64,000 nt of DNA from Gammaproteobacteria bacterium (lineage in GTDB: Bacteria; Pseudomonadota; Gammaproteobacteria; UBA4575). Below the pieces are notes generated by a model. The model had not been told where the DNA came from. It made no database searches and worked only from the letters and a program-made list of their open reading frames with translations. The stretch spans positions 227,116-291,115 of the forward strand of contig CBDCTA010000018.1 of assembly GCA_965221955.1 (NCBI GenBank), read 5' to 3'. Below are positions 51,225 to 61,682 of the stretch, piece after piece (position 1 is the stretch's first letter; each line of letters opens with the position of its first letter). Made by a program: the position numbers and the translations under genes.

Positions 51225-52166
51225 ATGAGTTTTACACAACCTAAACCTGCCAGACAAAGAGTACAGCGATGTGAACTCGCTGTTCCAGCGTCCAGCGTCA
51301 AAATGATTGAGAAATCAGCCGACTGTGCTGCAGACTTCGTATTTTTAGATTTAGAAGATGCCGTAGCACCAGGTGACAAAGTACAAGCACGTAAAAATGC
51401 AATTGAAGCCGTAAACGATATCGACTGGGCTGGCAAAGGAAAAACAATTGTTGTACGAATCAATGGTCTTGATACGCATTACATGTATCGTGATGTCATT
51501 GATCTTGTTGAACAAGCTGGCAATAAGCTAGACACCATTTTTATTCCAAAAGTAGGTGACCCCGCGGATGTCTACATGGTGGATGCACTACTCACTCAAA
51601 TCGAAGAAGCGAAAGGGTTTGAAAATAAAATAGCCATAGAAGCAATCATTGAAACTGCACTAGGTATGGCCAATGTCGAAAAAATTGCACAATCCAGCCC
51701 TCGATTGGAAGCCTTGCACTTTGGTGTTGCGGATTACTCTGCCAGTAACCGTGCACGTACCGTCAATATCGGTGGCTTAAACCCTGATTATCCAGGTGAT
51801 CAGTGGCATTCAGCTATTTCACGTATGGTTGTAGCATGCCGTGCATACGGATTACGTCCTATTGATGGTCCGTTTGGTGATATCAAAGATGCTGAAGGCT
51901 ATATGCTTGCATGTCGTCGTGGCGCTGCATTAGGTATTGAAGGTAAATGGGCTATCCATCCATCACAAATCGAAATGGCTAATGAAGTATTTTCACCACC
52001 CGAAGAAGAAGTTGCAAAAGCGCATCGAATTCTTGAAGAACTCGAAAAAGCTGCCAAAGAAGGCAAAGGCGCAGCAACTTTGGATGGCAAAATGATTGAT
52101 GCTGCATCCGCAAAAATGGCTGAAAATGTTGTTCGCGCTGCCGAGGCAATTGCTGCTAAGTCGTAA
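51225..52166 (+). CDS. mcl: Malyl-CoA lyase
   Basis: R.ELAVP, RINGLDTHYMYRDV, LHFGVADY, GDQWH, GKWAIHPSQ. Confidence 0.92.
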   Translation: MSFTQPKPARQRVQRCELAVPASSVKMIEKSADCAADFVFLDLEDAVAPGDKVQARKNAIEAVNDIDWAGKGKTIVVRINGLDTHYMYRDVIDLVEQAGNKLDTIFIPKVGDPADVYMVDALLTQIEEAKGFENKIAIEAIIETALGMANVEKIAQSSPRLEALHFGVADYSASNRARTVNIGGLNPDYPGDQWHSAISRMVVACRAYGLRPIDGPFGDIKDAEGYMLACRRGAALGIEGKWAIHPSQIEMANEVFSPPEEEVAKAHRILEELEKAAKEGKGAATLDGKMIDAASAKMAENVVRAAEAIAAKS

Positions 52167-52212
52167 AGTTAGAATTCCCTAACTTTTTATAATGTTAATA
52201 TAAACATTCTGG

Positions 52213-52239
52213 GTGCCCGCTTTGCGGGCACTTTTGTTT
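52213..52239 (+). terminator. Intrinsic terminator after mcl
   Basis: GTGCCCGC-TTT-GCGGGCAC-TTTTGTTT. Confidence 0.85.
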
Positions 52240-52437
52240 GTACCTAGCCTATTTCATTCTTTGCCTCACCTTATTGCTCATGAATTGAGCAATTACCCAA
52301 CAAGAGAGTTTGTCCTTAGGGATCAGAATAGGCTATAAAAGTCGTTTGGTCTGGCAAAAACCCCATAGACCTACATGGCGACCTCTAAGAACAAGCCATA
52401 CGATAAAAACGAATCAATTTCTCGGGAGGGAATTTAA

Positions 52438-53613
52438 GTGGATATCCATGAGTATCAAGCAAAAGAAATTTTATCCGAATGCGGTGTAGGCATCGCTGAG
52501 GGTGGACTTGCCTATAGCCCTGAACAAGCTGTATATCGTGCAAAGGAAATCGGTGGCACTAAATGGGCTATCAAAGCACAGATTCATTCTGGTGCACGCG
52601 GCAAAGCCGGTGGTATCAAACTCTGTACTAATGACGAAGAAATATGGAACGCAGCAGATGAATTATTAGGCAAGCGCTTAGTAACACATCAAACTGGCCC
52701 AGCTGGCAAAGTGGTGTACCGACTTTATGTTGAACAAGCTACTGACATCGAAAAAGAACTTTATTTAGCACTGGTACTCGACCGCGATAAGCAACGTGTA
52801 GTATTTGTTACCTCAACTGAAGGCGGCATGGATATCGAAGAGGTCGCTGCAACGAAACCAGAAGCGATACACAAATTAGAAGTTGAGCCTGCGGTAGGTT
52901 TGCGTGATTTCCAAGCACGTGAACTTGCTTTTGCATTAGGCATTAAACCTGAACTAATTAGTCAAGCTGTTCACACAATAAAAGGCGCGTATCGTGCTTT
53001 CCGTGATTTCGATGCCACCATGGTTGAAATAAATCCTATGGTGATCACTAAAGACGATCGTGTATTAGCCTTAGATGCAAAAATGGGTTTTGATGACAAC
53101 GCATTATTCCGTCGTCCTCGCATAGCAGAACTTCGTGACAAGTCTCAAGAAGACCCGCGCGAAACCGCAGCATCAGACCGTGGTTTAAGTTATGTAGGGT
53201 TAGATGGAGACATTGGTTGCATGATCAATGGTGCTGGTTTAGCCATGGCAACAATGGACATGATTAAACACAAAGGTGGCGAACCTGCCAACTTCTTAGA
53301 CATCGGAGGTGGTGCTTCTCCTGACCGTGTAGCAAAAGCATTCAAACTGGTTTTAGATGACGAAAATGTTAAAGCTATGTTAGTCAATATTTTTGCTGGC
53401 ATTAATCGCTGTGACTGGATTGCAGAAGGTGTTGTTCAAGCATTTGAAAAATTAGATGTACGCGTACCGGTTGTGTGTAGATTATCTGGCACCAACGTTG
53501 AGAAAGGTATGCAAATGCTAAAAGACAGTGGGCAACCGATTATTACTGCCGACACACTTGCCGAAGCTGCAGAAAAAGTTGTAGCAGAACGCAATCGTGT
53601 TGCAGGCAGTTAA
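52438..53613 (+). CDS. mtkA: Malate--CoA ligase (malate thiokinase) beta subunit
   Basis: SucC-like with [29 protein letters not shown]; between mcl and ppc. Confidence 0.9.
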   Translation: MDIHEYQAKEILSECGVGIAEGGLAYSPEQAVYRAKEIGGTKWAIKAQIHSGARGKAGGIKLCTNDEEIWNAADELLGKRLVTHQTGPAGKVVYRLYVEQATDIEKELYLALVLDRDKQRVVFVTSTEGGMDIEEVAATKPEAIHKLEVEPAVGLRDFQARELAFALGIKPELISQAVHTIKGAYRAFRDFDATMVEINPMVITKDDRVLALDAKMGFDDNALFRRPRIAELRDKSQEDPRETAASDRGLSYVGLDGDIGCMINGAGLAMATMDMIKHKGGEPANFLDIGGGASPDRVAKAFKLVLDDENVKAMLVNIFAGINRCDWIAEGVVQAFEKLDVRVPVVCRLSGTNVEKGMQMLKDSGQPIITADTLAEAAEKVVAERNRVAGS

Positions 53614-53631
53614 GGATTAGGGAGAAAAATC

Positions 53632-54522
53632 ATGACAATAATGATCGATGACAAAACAAAAGTTCTGGTACAAGGATTCACGGGCAAAATCGGTACTTTC
53701 CATGCTGAAGAAATGATGGAATACGGGACCAATGTTGTTGGCGGTGTAACACCAGGTAAAGGTGGCCAAACTCATATGGGACTACCCGTTTTCAATACTA
53801 TGAAAGATGCTGTAGCTGAAACCGGTGCAGATGCAAGTATTGTGTTTGTTCCAGGTGCATTTGCTGCAGACGGTGTAATGGAAGCAGCGGACGCCGGAAT
53901 TAAAACCTGTGTATGTATTACAGACGGTATTCCAGCTCAGGACATGATGCGTGTTAAGCGTTATATGTTTCGTTACAAGAAAGAAGACCGCATGCGCCTT
54001 ACTGGGCCAAACTGTGCTGGCAGCATCAGCCCTGGAAAATGTTTATTAGGGATCATGCCGGGTCATATTTATGCAGAAGGTAATGTGGGTGTAGTGGCAC
54101 GTTCAGGAACATTGGGCTATGAAGGCGCTTCTCAAATGAAAGCAGAAGGCATTGGTATCAGTTCCAGCATTGGTATTGGTGGTGATCCTATTAACGGAAG
54201 TTCTCACAAAGACATTCTTGAATTATTCGAAGCCGATCCTGAAACCAAGGCCGTTCTAATGATTGGTGAAATTGGTGGTCCACAAGAAGCCGAAGCAGCT
54301 GAATATTTCAAGAGCCATATGACCAAACCGTTAGTAGCCTACATTGCAGGCTTAACTGCTCCGAAAGGTCGTCGCATGGGCCATGCGGGTGCAATTGTTT
54401 CTGGCAAGGGTGAAAGTGCTGCAGAGAAAGTTGAAATGCTTAAAGAAGCAGGCGTAGTTGTTGCTCCAAATCCTTCCGAGCTTGGTTCAACTATGGCAAA
54501 AGTAATGAAAGACATTGCATAA
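53632..54522 (+). CDS. mtkB: Malate--CoA ligase alpha subunit
   Basis: SucD-like with [23 protein letters not shown]. Confidence 0.9.
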   Translation: MTIMIDDKTKVLVQGFTGKIGTFHAEEMMEYGTNVVGGVTPGKGGQTHMGLPVFNTMKDAVAETGADASIVFVPGAFAADGVMEAADAGIKTCVCITDGIPAQDMMRVKRYMFRYKKEDRMRLTGPNCAGSISPGKCLLGIMPGHIYAEGNVGVVARSGTLGYEGASQMKAEGIGISSSIGIGGDPINGSSHKDILELFEADPETKAVLMIGEIGGPQEAEAAEYFKSHMTKPLVAYIAGLTAPKGRRMGHAGAIVSGKGESAAEKVEMLKEAGVVVAPNPSELGSTMAKVMKDIA

Positions 54523-54564
54523 CAACCCCGCAAGAATTAAGAAGACAGAATTTGGAGAATAATA

Positions 54565-55536
54565 ATGAGCAAACTTAAAGTAATCGTTTCGCGTGCCTGG
54601 CCTGCAGAAGTTGAAGCTACTTTAAAAGAAAAATATGACGTGCAGTTAAATGAAAATGACATCCCAATGACTAAAGACGAAATGAAAGCGGCTTTAGGAG
54701 AATGTGATGCTTTTTTACCTACTGTAACCGACCCTGTTGATGCTGAAGTGCTCAGCGCTGAACCATTACGTGCAAAGTTTATTGGTAACTTTGGTGTTGG
54801 TTTTAATCATATTGATTTAGATGCAGCAAAAGCGCGTGGACTCACCGTAACCAATACTCCTGAAGTATTAACGGACTGTACTGCGGATATTGCCATGGCA
54901 CTTTTGCTCACGGTTGCGCGTCGCACTAGTGAAGGCGAACGCCACTTACGCTCTAAGTCTTGGACGGGATGGCGTCCTACTCATATGTTGGCTACTAAGG
55001 TAACAGGTAAAACCTTAGGTTTAATTGGCATGGGTCGTATTGCTCAAGCCATGGCACAACGTGCTCATTTTGGATTTGGTATGAAAATCATCTTCTCTGA
55101 TCCTTACCCACCTCCTGCAGATGTGATCAGCAAGTTTAATGCTACGCAAGTAGACACCATCGATGAAGTATTAGAGCAATCTGATTTTGTATCTATTCAC
55201 TGTCCTGGCGGTAAAGATACTTATCACTTATTAAACAAAGACAGTCTTGCCAAGATGAAATCTTCTGCATTCTTGATTAATTCAGCTCGTGGCGATGTTA
55301 TCGATAATGATGCCTTAATTGATGCACTTAAAAATGGCGTAATCGCTGGTGCTGGCTTAGACGTATTCGAAGGTGAGCCCGCCTTAGATGAGCGCTTTTT
55401 AGAACTTGAAAATGCGGTGTTATTGCCTCACCTCGGCAGCGCATCCACCGAAACTCGTGTAGCGATGGGCAACCGCGTGTTAGAAAATCTTGCGGCATTT
55501 GAAGCTGGTGAAACACCACGCGATAAGCTGGTATAA
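54565..55536 (+). CDS. D-2-hydroxyacid dehydrogenase, likely hydroxypyruvate reductase
   Basis: GMGRIA, INSARG, LDVFEGEP, LPHLGSA; inside serine-cycle operon. Confidence 0.85.
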   Translation: MSKLKVIVSRAWPAEVEATLKEKYDVQLNENDIPMTKDEMKAALGECDAFLPTVTDPVDAEVLSAEPLRAKFIGNFGVGFNHIDLDAAKARGLTVTNTPEVLTDCTADIAMALLLTVARRTSEGERHLRSKSWTGWRPTHMLATKVTGKTLGLIGMGRIAQAMAQRAHFGFGMKIIFSDPYPPPADVISKFNATQVDTIDEVLEQSDFVSIHCPGGKDTYHLLNKDSLAKMKSSAFLINSARGDVIDNDALIDALKNGVIAGAGLDVFEGEPALDERFLELENAVLLPHLGSASTETRVAMGNRVLENLAAFEAGETPRDKLV

Positions 55537-55613
55537 GTCCAAATCTAGCTTATTTGCGTCCATAATATGGGCCCATATGGGCATACCAAATTGGCTGAAT
55601 CAGTCCTATGATG

Positions 55614-55638
55614 AAGAGGTCCTTTATGGGCCTCTTTT
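55614..55638 (+). terminator. Probable terminator after the reductase gene
   Basis: AAGAGGTCC-TTTAT-GGGCCTCTT-TT. Confidence 0.6.
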
Positions 55639-55675
55639 ACTATGCGCTGCTTAAATCATTAAACTAACTAATTGT

Positions 55676-58453
55676 ATGAACGACACTTCCCCACTTTCCT
55701 GGACTCAGTTTACCAAGGTTGCCGCTGGCAGCATGATCATCAGTCCGTCAGCGACTTATGAAGATGAGTTAGTTGAATTACTTTACCAACAGCTCCTAAG
55801 TGTCATTCGCGCACGACAACCTGATGTTGAAGCGATCATCGAAGGGGATAGTGACATTCGAGATTGTTCGGTCTCTCAAATTCTTTATGTGTTACAAGCT
55901 TATGGGATTTGGTTTCAATTATTAAGTATTGCTGAACAAAATGCCATGGTGCAGCAACGCCGCCAAATTGAAAAGGAATATCACCGTGATCGTGTTCCTG
56001 GAACATTTGCTTATGCATTTTCAAGCGCGGCTCAAAAAGGCATTGCAGCCGAGGAGATTCAAACATTATTAGATAATAGTTTTATCTGTCCCGTTATTAC
56101 TGCACACCCTACTGAAGCAAAACGCGTTACCGTTTTAGAGGTACATCGTCGTATTTATGTATTACTCAAACAATTAGAACTTGAACGTTGGACCCCTAGG
56201 GAAAGAGAAGACCTTATTAACGAATTACGTAATGAAATTGATTTATTATGGCTAACCGGTGAAATTCGTTTAGAAAAACCTACCGTCGAACAAGAAGTCA
56301 CATGGGGATTACACTTTTTTGATGAGTCGCTGTTTGATGGTGTGCAGGAACTCTATGCTGAGTTAGACCGTGCACTCGAACAAGCCTATCCGCATTATGA
56401 ATTCAATGTCCCTGCGATTTTTCGTTTTGGCTCTTGGATTGGTGGCGATCGTGATGGCAATCCCATGGTTACACATAAAGTCACCGCTGCAGCAATTCAT
56501 GCAAATGCAAAAGCCTGTATAAAACGTTATCGTCAAATTATTTTTGAGCTAGGCGCAAAACTAAGTATTGCCAACCATTCAGTTGATGTATCAGAAAATT
56601 TCATGCAAGCACTTAATGAAAAACTTGCCATGCTTGGTGAAACCAAAACTTATTCACAACGCAATCCCGGAGAAGTGTTTCGTCAATTTTTGCGCTATAT
56701 GCTAACGCGTATTGATGCCACCCTTGCAAACTTAAAAAATCCAAAAAAATCGAAACTTGCATACCATCGCGCCGAAGACCTCTCAGCAGATCTAAAAATA
56801 CTTGAAAAAGGATTAACCGATGCAAAATGTGGCAACTTAAGTGACACCGATATTCGACCATTTCGCCATATGGTCGATACCTTTGGTTTCAGAACAGTTA
56901 GTTTAGATTTGCGTGAAAATACTACAGTGATAAATAGTGTGCTCGCTGAACTCTGGCTCGCACTAAACCAAAAAACTCGTTTGGATATTCCTGATCCTGC
57001 ATCGGAAGAATGGAAAAACTGGATTGTGGACCAATTAATGCAACCACTACGGGTTGTACCACGTTTTGATACTTTATCTAAGCAGGCTCAATCGACATTA
57101 GCCATGTTAGAGCAAGTGAAATACTTTCAGCGCAAGCTGGATGTAAAAGCATACGGCGTGTTTGTACTCAGCATGACCCAAACTTCGACTGATATCTTAG
57201 GAGTTTACTTGTTAGCAAAGTATGTGGGCTTGTTCACCGATTCAGATGGACTCGAAGCATGCCGAATTTTAATCGTCCCCTTACTTGAAACGATTGATGA
57301 TTTAGAAAGAGGGCCTTCGATTCTACAAGAATTATTGGAGCACGCATTTGTGCGACGCACAATTCGAAAGTTTGGTGGCTCACAAGAGGTCATGGTGGGT
57401 TATTCTGATTCGAATAAAGACGGTGGTTTTTTAACTTCGAACTGGATCATTAGTAAAGCACAATCACAAATCCATGAAACCGGTCTTAAGCACAAAGTAC
57501 CAATTTCTTTTTTCCATGGTCGTGGTGGTTCCGTCAGTCGTGGCGGCGCTCCAAGTGGACGTGCAATTGCCGCACAACCTGTAGGTACTATTGATGGCCG
57601 CATGCGTGTTACAGAACAAGGTGAAGTGGTTTCATACAAGTATGCCAACCGTGGATTCGCAGAAGAGCAGATGGAAATCCTAGCCTCTAGCGTGATTACA
57701 CACTCATTAATGTCAGGCAAAGACCCCGCTTATCAAACGAATTCAGAGTTTGATGAAGTCTTAGAAGCTTTATCAGGAACAGCTTACGTTACCTACCGAA
57801 AGCTTATCGAACATCCTGGTTTAGTAGATTTTTATCAACAAGCAAGCCCAGTCGAGGAGCTCACATTGATGAAAATAGGCTCAAGGCCGGCGCGTCGATT
57901 TGGTGCTGCTTCATTAAACGACTTACGTGCAATTCCTTGGGTCTTTGCATGGACCCAAAATCGTTTACTCGTTCCAGGCTGGTATGGAATAGGTAGTGCT
58001 ATGGAACAACTGATTAAAATTCGTGGCGAACTTGGCACAGAATTACTAAATCAGATGTACGAGAAACATTCACTGTTTAGACTAATCTTAGACGGTGCTG
58101 AAAAAACACTGCTATTAGTCGATATGGAAGTTGCAGGAAAATATTGTGAGTTAGTCACGAATGATGAACACCGCACTCAAATATTTTCTACGATTAAAGA
58201 AGAATATGAACGATCTTCACAAATGCTGTTAAAAATTACCGGCGAAGAACAGCTCTGTGACCGCTTCCCTAACTTTAAACGCCATTTCTATCGTCGTGCA
58301 GAGTCACTCAATCAAGTTGGTATTGAGCAAGTCGAATTGGTGAAAAAATTCCGCGGCGATGAACAGATCGAAAATACGACTATACAAGATATACTCGTAC
58401 CTTTACTGCTATCGATTAACTGTGTAGCTGCCGGAATCGGTAGCACTGGTTAG
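55676..58453 (+). CDS. ppc: Phosphoenolpyruvate carboxylase
   Basis: TAHPTE, GGDRDGNP, VMVGYSDSNKDGG, FHGRGGSVSRGG, LRAIPW. Confidence 0.97.
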   Translation: MNDTSPLSWTQFTKVAAGSMIISPSATYEDELVELLYQQLLSVIRARQPDVEAIIEGDSDIRDCSVSQILYVLQAYGIWFQLLSIAEQNAMVQQRRQIEKEYHRDRVPGTFAYAFSSAAQKGIAAEEIQTLLDNSFICPVITAHPTEAKRVTVLEVHRRIYVLLKQLELERWTPREREDLINELRNEIDLLWLTGEIRLEKPTVEQEVTWGLHFFDESLFDGVQELYAELDRALEQAYPHYEFNVPAIFRFGSWIGGDRDGNPMVTHKVTAAAIHANAKACIKRYRQIIFELGAKLSIANHSVDVSENFMQALNEKLAMLGETKTYSQRNPGEVFRQFLRYMLTRIDATLANLKNPKKSKLAYHRAEDLSADLKILEKGLTDAKCGNLSDTDIRPFRHMVDTFGFRTVSLDLRENTTVINSVLAELWLALNQKTRLDIPDPASEEWKNWIVDQLMQPLRVVPRFDTLSKQAQSTLAMLEQVKYFQRKLDVKAYGVFVLSMTQTSTDILGVYLLAKYVGLFTDSDGLEACRILIVPLLETIDDLERGPSILQELLEHAFVRRTIRKFGGSQEVMVGYSDSNKDGGFLTSNWIISKAQSQIHETGLKHKVPISFFHGRGGSVSRGGAPSGRAIAAQPVGTIDGRMRVTEQGEVVSYKYANRGFAEEQMEILASSVITHSLMSGKDPAYQTNSEFDEVLEALSGTAYVTYRKLIEHPGLVDFYQQASPVEELTLMKIGSRPARRFGAASLNDLRAIPWVFAWTQNRLLVPGWYGIGSAMEQLIKIRGELGTELLNQMYEKHSLFRLILDGAEKTLLLVDMEVAGKYCELVTNDEHRTQIFSTIKEEYERSSQMLLKITGEEQLCDRFPNFKRHFYRRAESLNQVGIEQVELVKKFRGDEQIENTTIQDILVPLLLSINCVAAGIGSTG

Positions 58454-58479
58454 TTGCATAACTGAAACAATAAATAACA

Positions 58480-59337
58480 ATGAAAAAACTTTTATATCAT
58501 TTTGATACTGACCCTATTGCCAGCGTGTTCGACTCAGTTGTCGCACATGACGGTGGTGCTGATCACGTAACTCAACTAAGTGGAGTTAACGAAGAAAACT
58601 GTGGCGGCCTGGTTGAAGGTGCTATTTATACGCGCGCACCTAAAGATAAGAAAAATACTGCAATTTTTGTAGGAGGTAGTGATTTGGTTGCGGGCCAAAA
58701 ACTTTTTCAAGCAGTACAAAATGAGTTTTTTGCAAATTTTCGTGTATCGGCGATGCTCGACAGCAATGGTTGCAACACTACTTCTGCAGCAGGAGTAGCT
58801 TTGCTTAATAAAGCTACAGATTTACAAGACAAAACTGCTGTTGTACTTGCAGGAACGGGCCCAGTGGGACAAAGAGCCGCAGTTTTACTGGCCAGTAGTG
58901 GTGCCAATGTTCGATTAACTTCTCGCAAACAATCCCGTTCAACAGAAGCATGCGATGAGATGCATGAACGTTTTGGTGTAGAAATGACACCTATGCAAGC
59001 CAGTGATGATGCATCTATTGAACAAGCAATGGATGGCGCACATGTAGTGTTTGGTGCCGCTAAAGCAGGTATACAATTACTCAATGCAAGGCAATGGCAA
59101 GATCACTCAACTTTAGAACTTATTGCAGATGTAGGCACTTCAAAAATTCTTGGTTTTGAAGGTATAGATGTAATGGATAAAGACACTGAAAGACATGGAA
59201 AAAGAGTATTTGGAGGCATCGGAATTGGTGCATTAAAACTTAAATTACACCGCGCTTGTATAGCTAAATTGTTTGATTCTAACGATGTGGTGTTAGATGC
59301 TGAAGACATATATAAAATAGCGCAAACTATGGCTTAA
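58480..59337 (+). CDS. mtdA: NADP-dependent methylene-H4MPT/H4F dehydrogenase (MtdA-type)
   Basis: KKLL.HFDTD..SVFD.VV..DGGAD, IYTR, MLDSNG.NTT, AGTGPVGQR. Confidence 0.88.
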   Translation: MKKLLYHFDTDPIASVFDSVVAHDGGADHVTQLSGVNEENCGGLVEGAIYTRAPKDKKNTAIFVGGSDLVAGQKLFQAVQNEFFANFRVSAMLDSNGCNTTSAAGVALLNKATDLQDKTAVVLAGTGPVGQRAAVLLASSGANVRLTSRKQSRSTEACDEMHERFGVEMTPMQASDDASIEQAMDGAHVVFGAAKAGIQLLNARQWQDHSTLELIADVGTSKILGFEGIDVMDKDTERHGKRVFGGIGIGALKLKLHRACIAKLFDSNDVVLDAEDIYKIAQTMA

Positions 59338-60512
59338 TGACTACAAACAATTCTCCAAAGCTGCTCGAGATGATCGAGCAGTTAATTGCCTTGCCTTCCG
59401 TAAGCAGCACTCAAGCTGATATCGACACAAGTAACCTAGCTGTAATCAACCTTCTCGCTAATTGGCTAAACGATCTAGGTTTTAATATCCAAATCATTCG
59501 TAGTTCAGATGAAGACTCTGAACATAAAGCAAATTTAATTGCCTGGATTGGCCCAGAGGATAACAATGGCGATGATGGTCTTGTGTTATCCGGTCATACC
59601 GATACCGTAAATTTTGACCAAACTGGTTGGAATACAAATCCCTTTAAAGCCACACAAGTCGATGAAAAAATTTATGGCTTAGGCACAGCAGATATGAAGT
59701 CGTTTCTAGCCATTGCAATAGAGGCTGCAAAAGCATTTGCTAGTAAAGATTTAAAACAACGCCTTACTATTGTTGCCACTGCAGACGAAGAATCCACAAT
59801 GCAAGGTGCCAAAACGCTTGTTGCGTCTAATCAGAAATTTGGCAAATATTGCATCATCGGAGAACCTACCAACCTAACGCCCGTGAACCAACACAAAGGT
59901 ATCTTTATGGAGTCGGTAAAACTCATAGGACAACCAGGTCATTCTAGCGACCCTAGTCTGGGTAATAATGCTTTAGAGGGTATGCGCTTAGTGTTAAACG
60001 AGCTTGAGCAATTCAAACAAGAACTTACTCATAAATATATAAATCATGACTTTGTTGTTCCCGTACCCACATTAAATCTTGGCCATATACATGGCGGCGA
60101 TAACCCCAACCGTATTTGTGCGGAATGTGAATTACACATCGACATGCGTCCCTTACCTGGAATGCAAATAGAATCACTAAAAGATGAATTACATACACGC
60201 ATCTTAAAGATTGCTCAAACGCTTGGATTAAAATATGAGTTCACAGCTTTGTTTGATGGAGTACCTGCATTCAAAACAGATGAGCAATCAAAAATTGTAC
60301 AACTTGCTCAAGAACTAAGTAACAAAAAAGCAATGACTGTTGCATTTGGAACGGAAGCACCCTATTTCAACGCTCTAGGCATGGAAACGATCATATTAGG
60401 TCCTGGCTCTATCGACCAAGCCCACCAACAAAATGAATATTTATCCATGAGTTCGATTCAACCCACTATAGCTATTTTACAAAAAGCCATTTCAGATATT
60501 TGTTTACAATAA
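59337..60512 (+). CDS. argE: Acetylornithine deacetylase
   Basis: SGHTDTV, GTADMK, ADEE, GEPT, GHSSDP, DQAHQ. Confidence 0.93.
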   Translation: MTTNNSPKLLEMIEQLIALPSVSSTQADIDTSNLAVINLLANWLNDLGFNIQIIRSSDEDSEHKANLIAWIGPEDNNGDDGLVLSGHTDTVNFDQTGWNTNPFKATQVDEKIYGLGTADMKSFLAIAIEAAKAFASKDLKQRLTIVATADEESTMQGAKTLVASNQKFGKYCIIGEPTNLTPVNQHKGIFMESVKLIGQPGHSSDPSLGNNALEGMRLVLNELEQFKQELTHKYINHDFVVPVPTLNLGHIHGGDNPNRICAECELHIDMRPLPGMQIESLKDELHTRILKIAQTLGLKYEFTALFDGVPAFKTDEQSKIVQLAQELSNKKAMTVAFGTEAPYFNALGMETIILGPGSIDQAHQQNEYLSMSSIQPTIAILQKAISDICLQ

Positions 60513-60803
60513 GCTACTTCGAATCTTATTCAATACCTTTAAAATTATCTGAACAACTGTTCAAGAACTGTTCCTTATAGACTTTGCTCCAATAGGATAG
60601 TTGAGCAAACCTATTTTTCGCTTGCAACACTTGGATCAATGCCTGACATGACACAGATCGGCTAAACCAGAAACTTTAGCCCAGTTATATGCCCAAAATG
60701 ACCTTTTAGCTGCTAGTTTCTGCACTTGATACTCACATTAAAGATGATGCGTGAACTCAAGCGTTGGAACATTTATTCAATAAAGCTAAATGGATTTTGC
60801 TTC

Positions 60804-61646
60804 ATGAAAGATTTTTGCAAAAGAACAGTTAATACAAAATGGTTTGAATACTCCATTATCAGCTTGATATTAATCAATGCTGCCGTACTTGGCTTAGAAA
60901 CCTCTGCAAGTATTAATCAAAAATACACTTCTCTTTTCACCTTTATTAATCAATTTGTCTTAGCAATTTTCGTACTAGAAGCAGTAATGAAAATTACGGC
61001 AGTGTATCCAAAGATTGGAAAATATTTTCGTGATGGGTGGAATGTATTTGATTTTACAATTGTTGTATTGTCTTTCGTTCCAGCCACTGGTCAATTTGCC
61101 GTCATCGCACGTCTTGCAAGATTAATGCGTGTACTTCGACTAATTTCAGCCTTACCCGAATTAAAATTAATTGTCAGCACTTTGATTCGATCTATCCCAA
61201 GCATGGGGAATGTTGTTTTACTAATGTCTGTAATTTTTTATGTGTATGCAATTTTAGGTTTTCACCTTTTTCATCAACATGACCCCCAACACTGGGGTAA
61301 TTTAGGTGTAGCACTACTCTCACTGTTTAGAATTGCCACATTAGAAGATTGGACTGACCTAATGTATGCCGGAATGGAAATGAGCCCACATGCGTGGATT
61401 TTCTTTGTAAGCTTTGTCGTAATTGGCACATTCGTAGTAATTAACTTGTTTATTGCCATCATCATCAATAATCTTGATAACGCTAAAGCTCAAGCATTAG
61501 AAGAATTAAAATCTGTTCCTAGCCGAGACGATTTAATTAAAGAATTAAATGAAGCTGAAGAAGCACTTGCTAAGGTACAACTGCGCCTACGCGAGGCTTT
61601 CGATCTTGATTCTTCTACACAAAAAATACGTAAAGTGCGTATTTGA
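60804..61646 (+). CDS. Voltage-gated cation channel (BacNav family)
   Basis: WNVFDF, S4 ARLARLMRVLRL, filter TLEDWTD, INLFIAII, C-terminal coiled coil; ATG at 60804 preferred. Confidence 0.92.
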   Translation: MKDFCKRTVNTKWFEYSIISLILINAAVLGLETSASINQKYTSLFTFINQFVLAIFVLEAVMKITAVYPKIGKYFRDGWNVFDFTIVVLSFVPATGQFAVIARLARLMRVLRLISALPELKLIVSTLIRSIPSMGNVVLLMSVIFYVYAILGFHLFHQHDPQHWGNLGVALLSLFRIATLEDWTDLMYAGMEMSPHAWIFFVSFVVIGTFVVINLFIAIIINNLDNAKAQALEELKSVPSRDDLIKELNEAEEALAKVQLRLREAFDLDSSTQKIRKVRI

Positions 61647-61682
61647 TTGCTTAAAATAATCTGCTTTCAGAAACTCGGCTAG

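Noticed and set aside
52438-54522. Succinyl-CoA synthetase sucCD
   Set aside because: [11 protein letters not shown]-type motifs and the mcl/ppc context indicate malate thiokinase; no sucAB nearby
45268-59309. Many 60-125 aa minus-strand ORFs opposite ilvD and the C1 genes
   Set aside because: Fully antisense to conserved genes; expected from codon bias; no RBS or motifs
60726-60803. N-terminal extension of the channel from the TTG at 60726
   Set aside because: BacNav-like sequence begins near Met27; the extension has no supporting features
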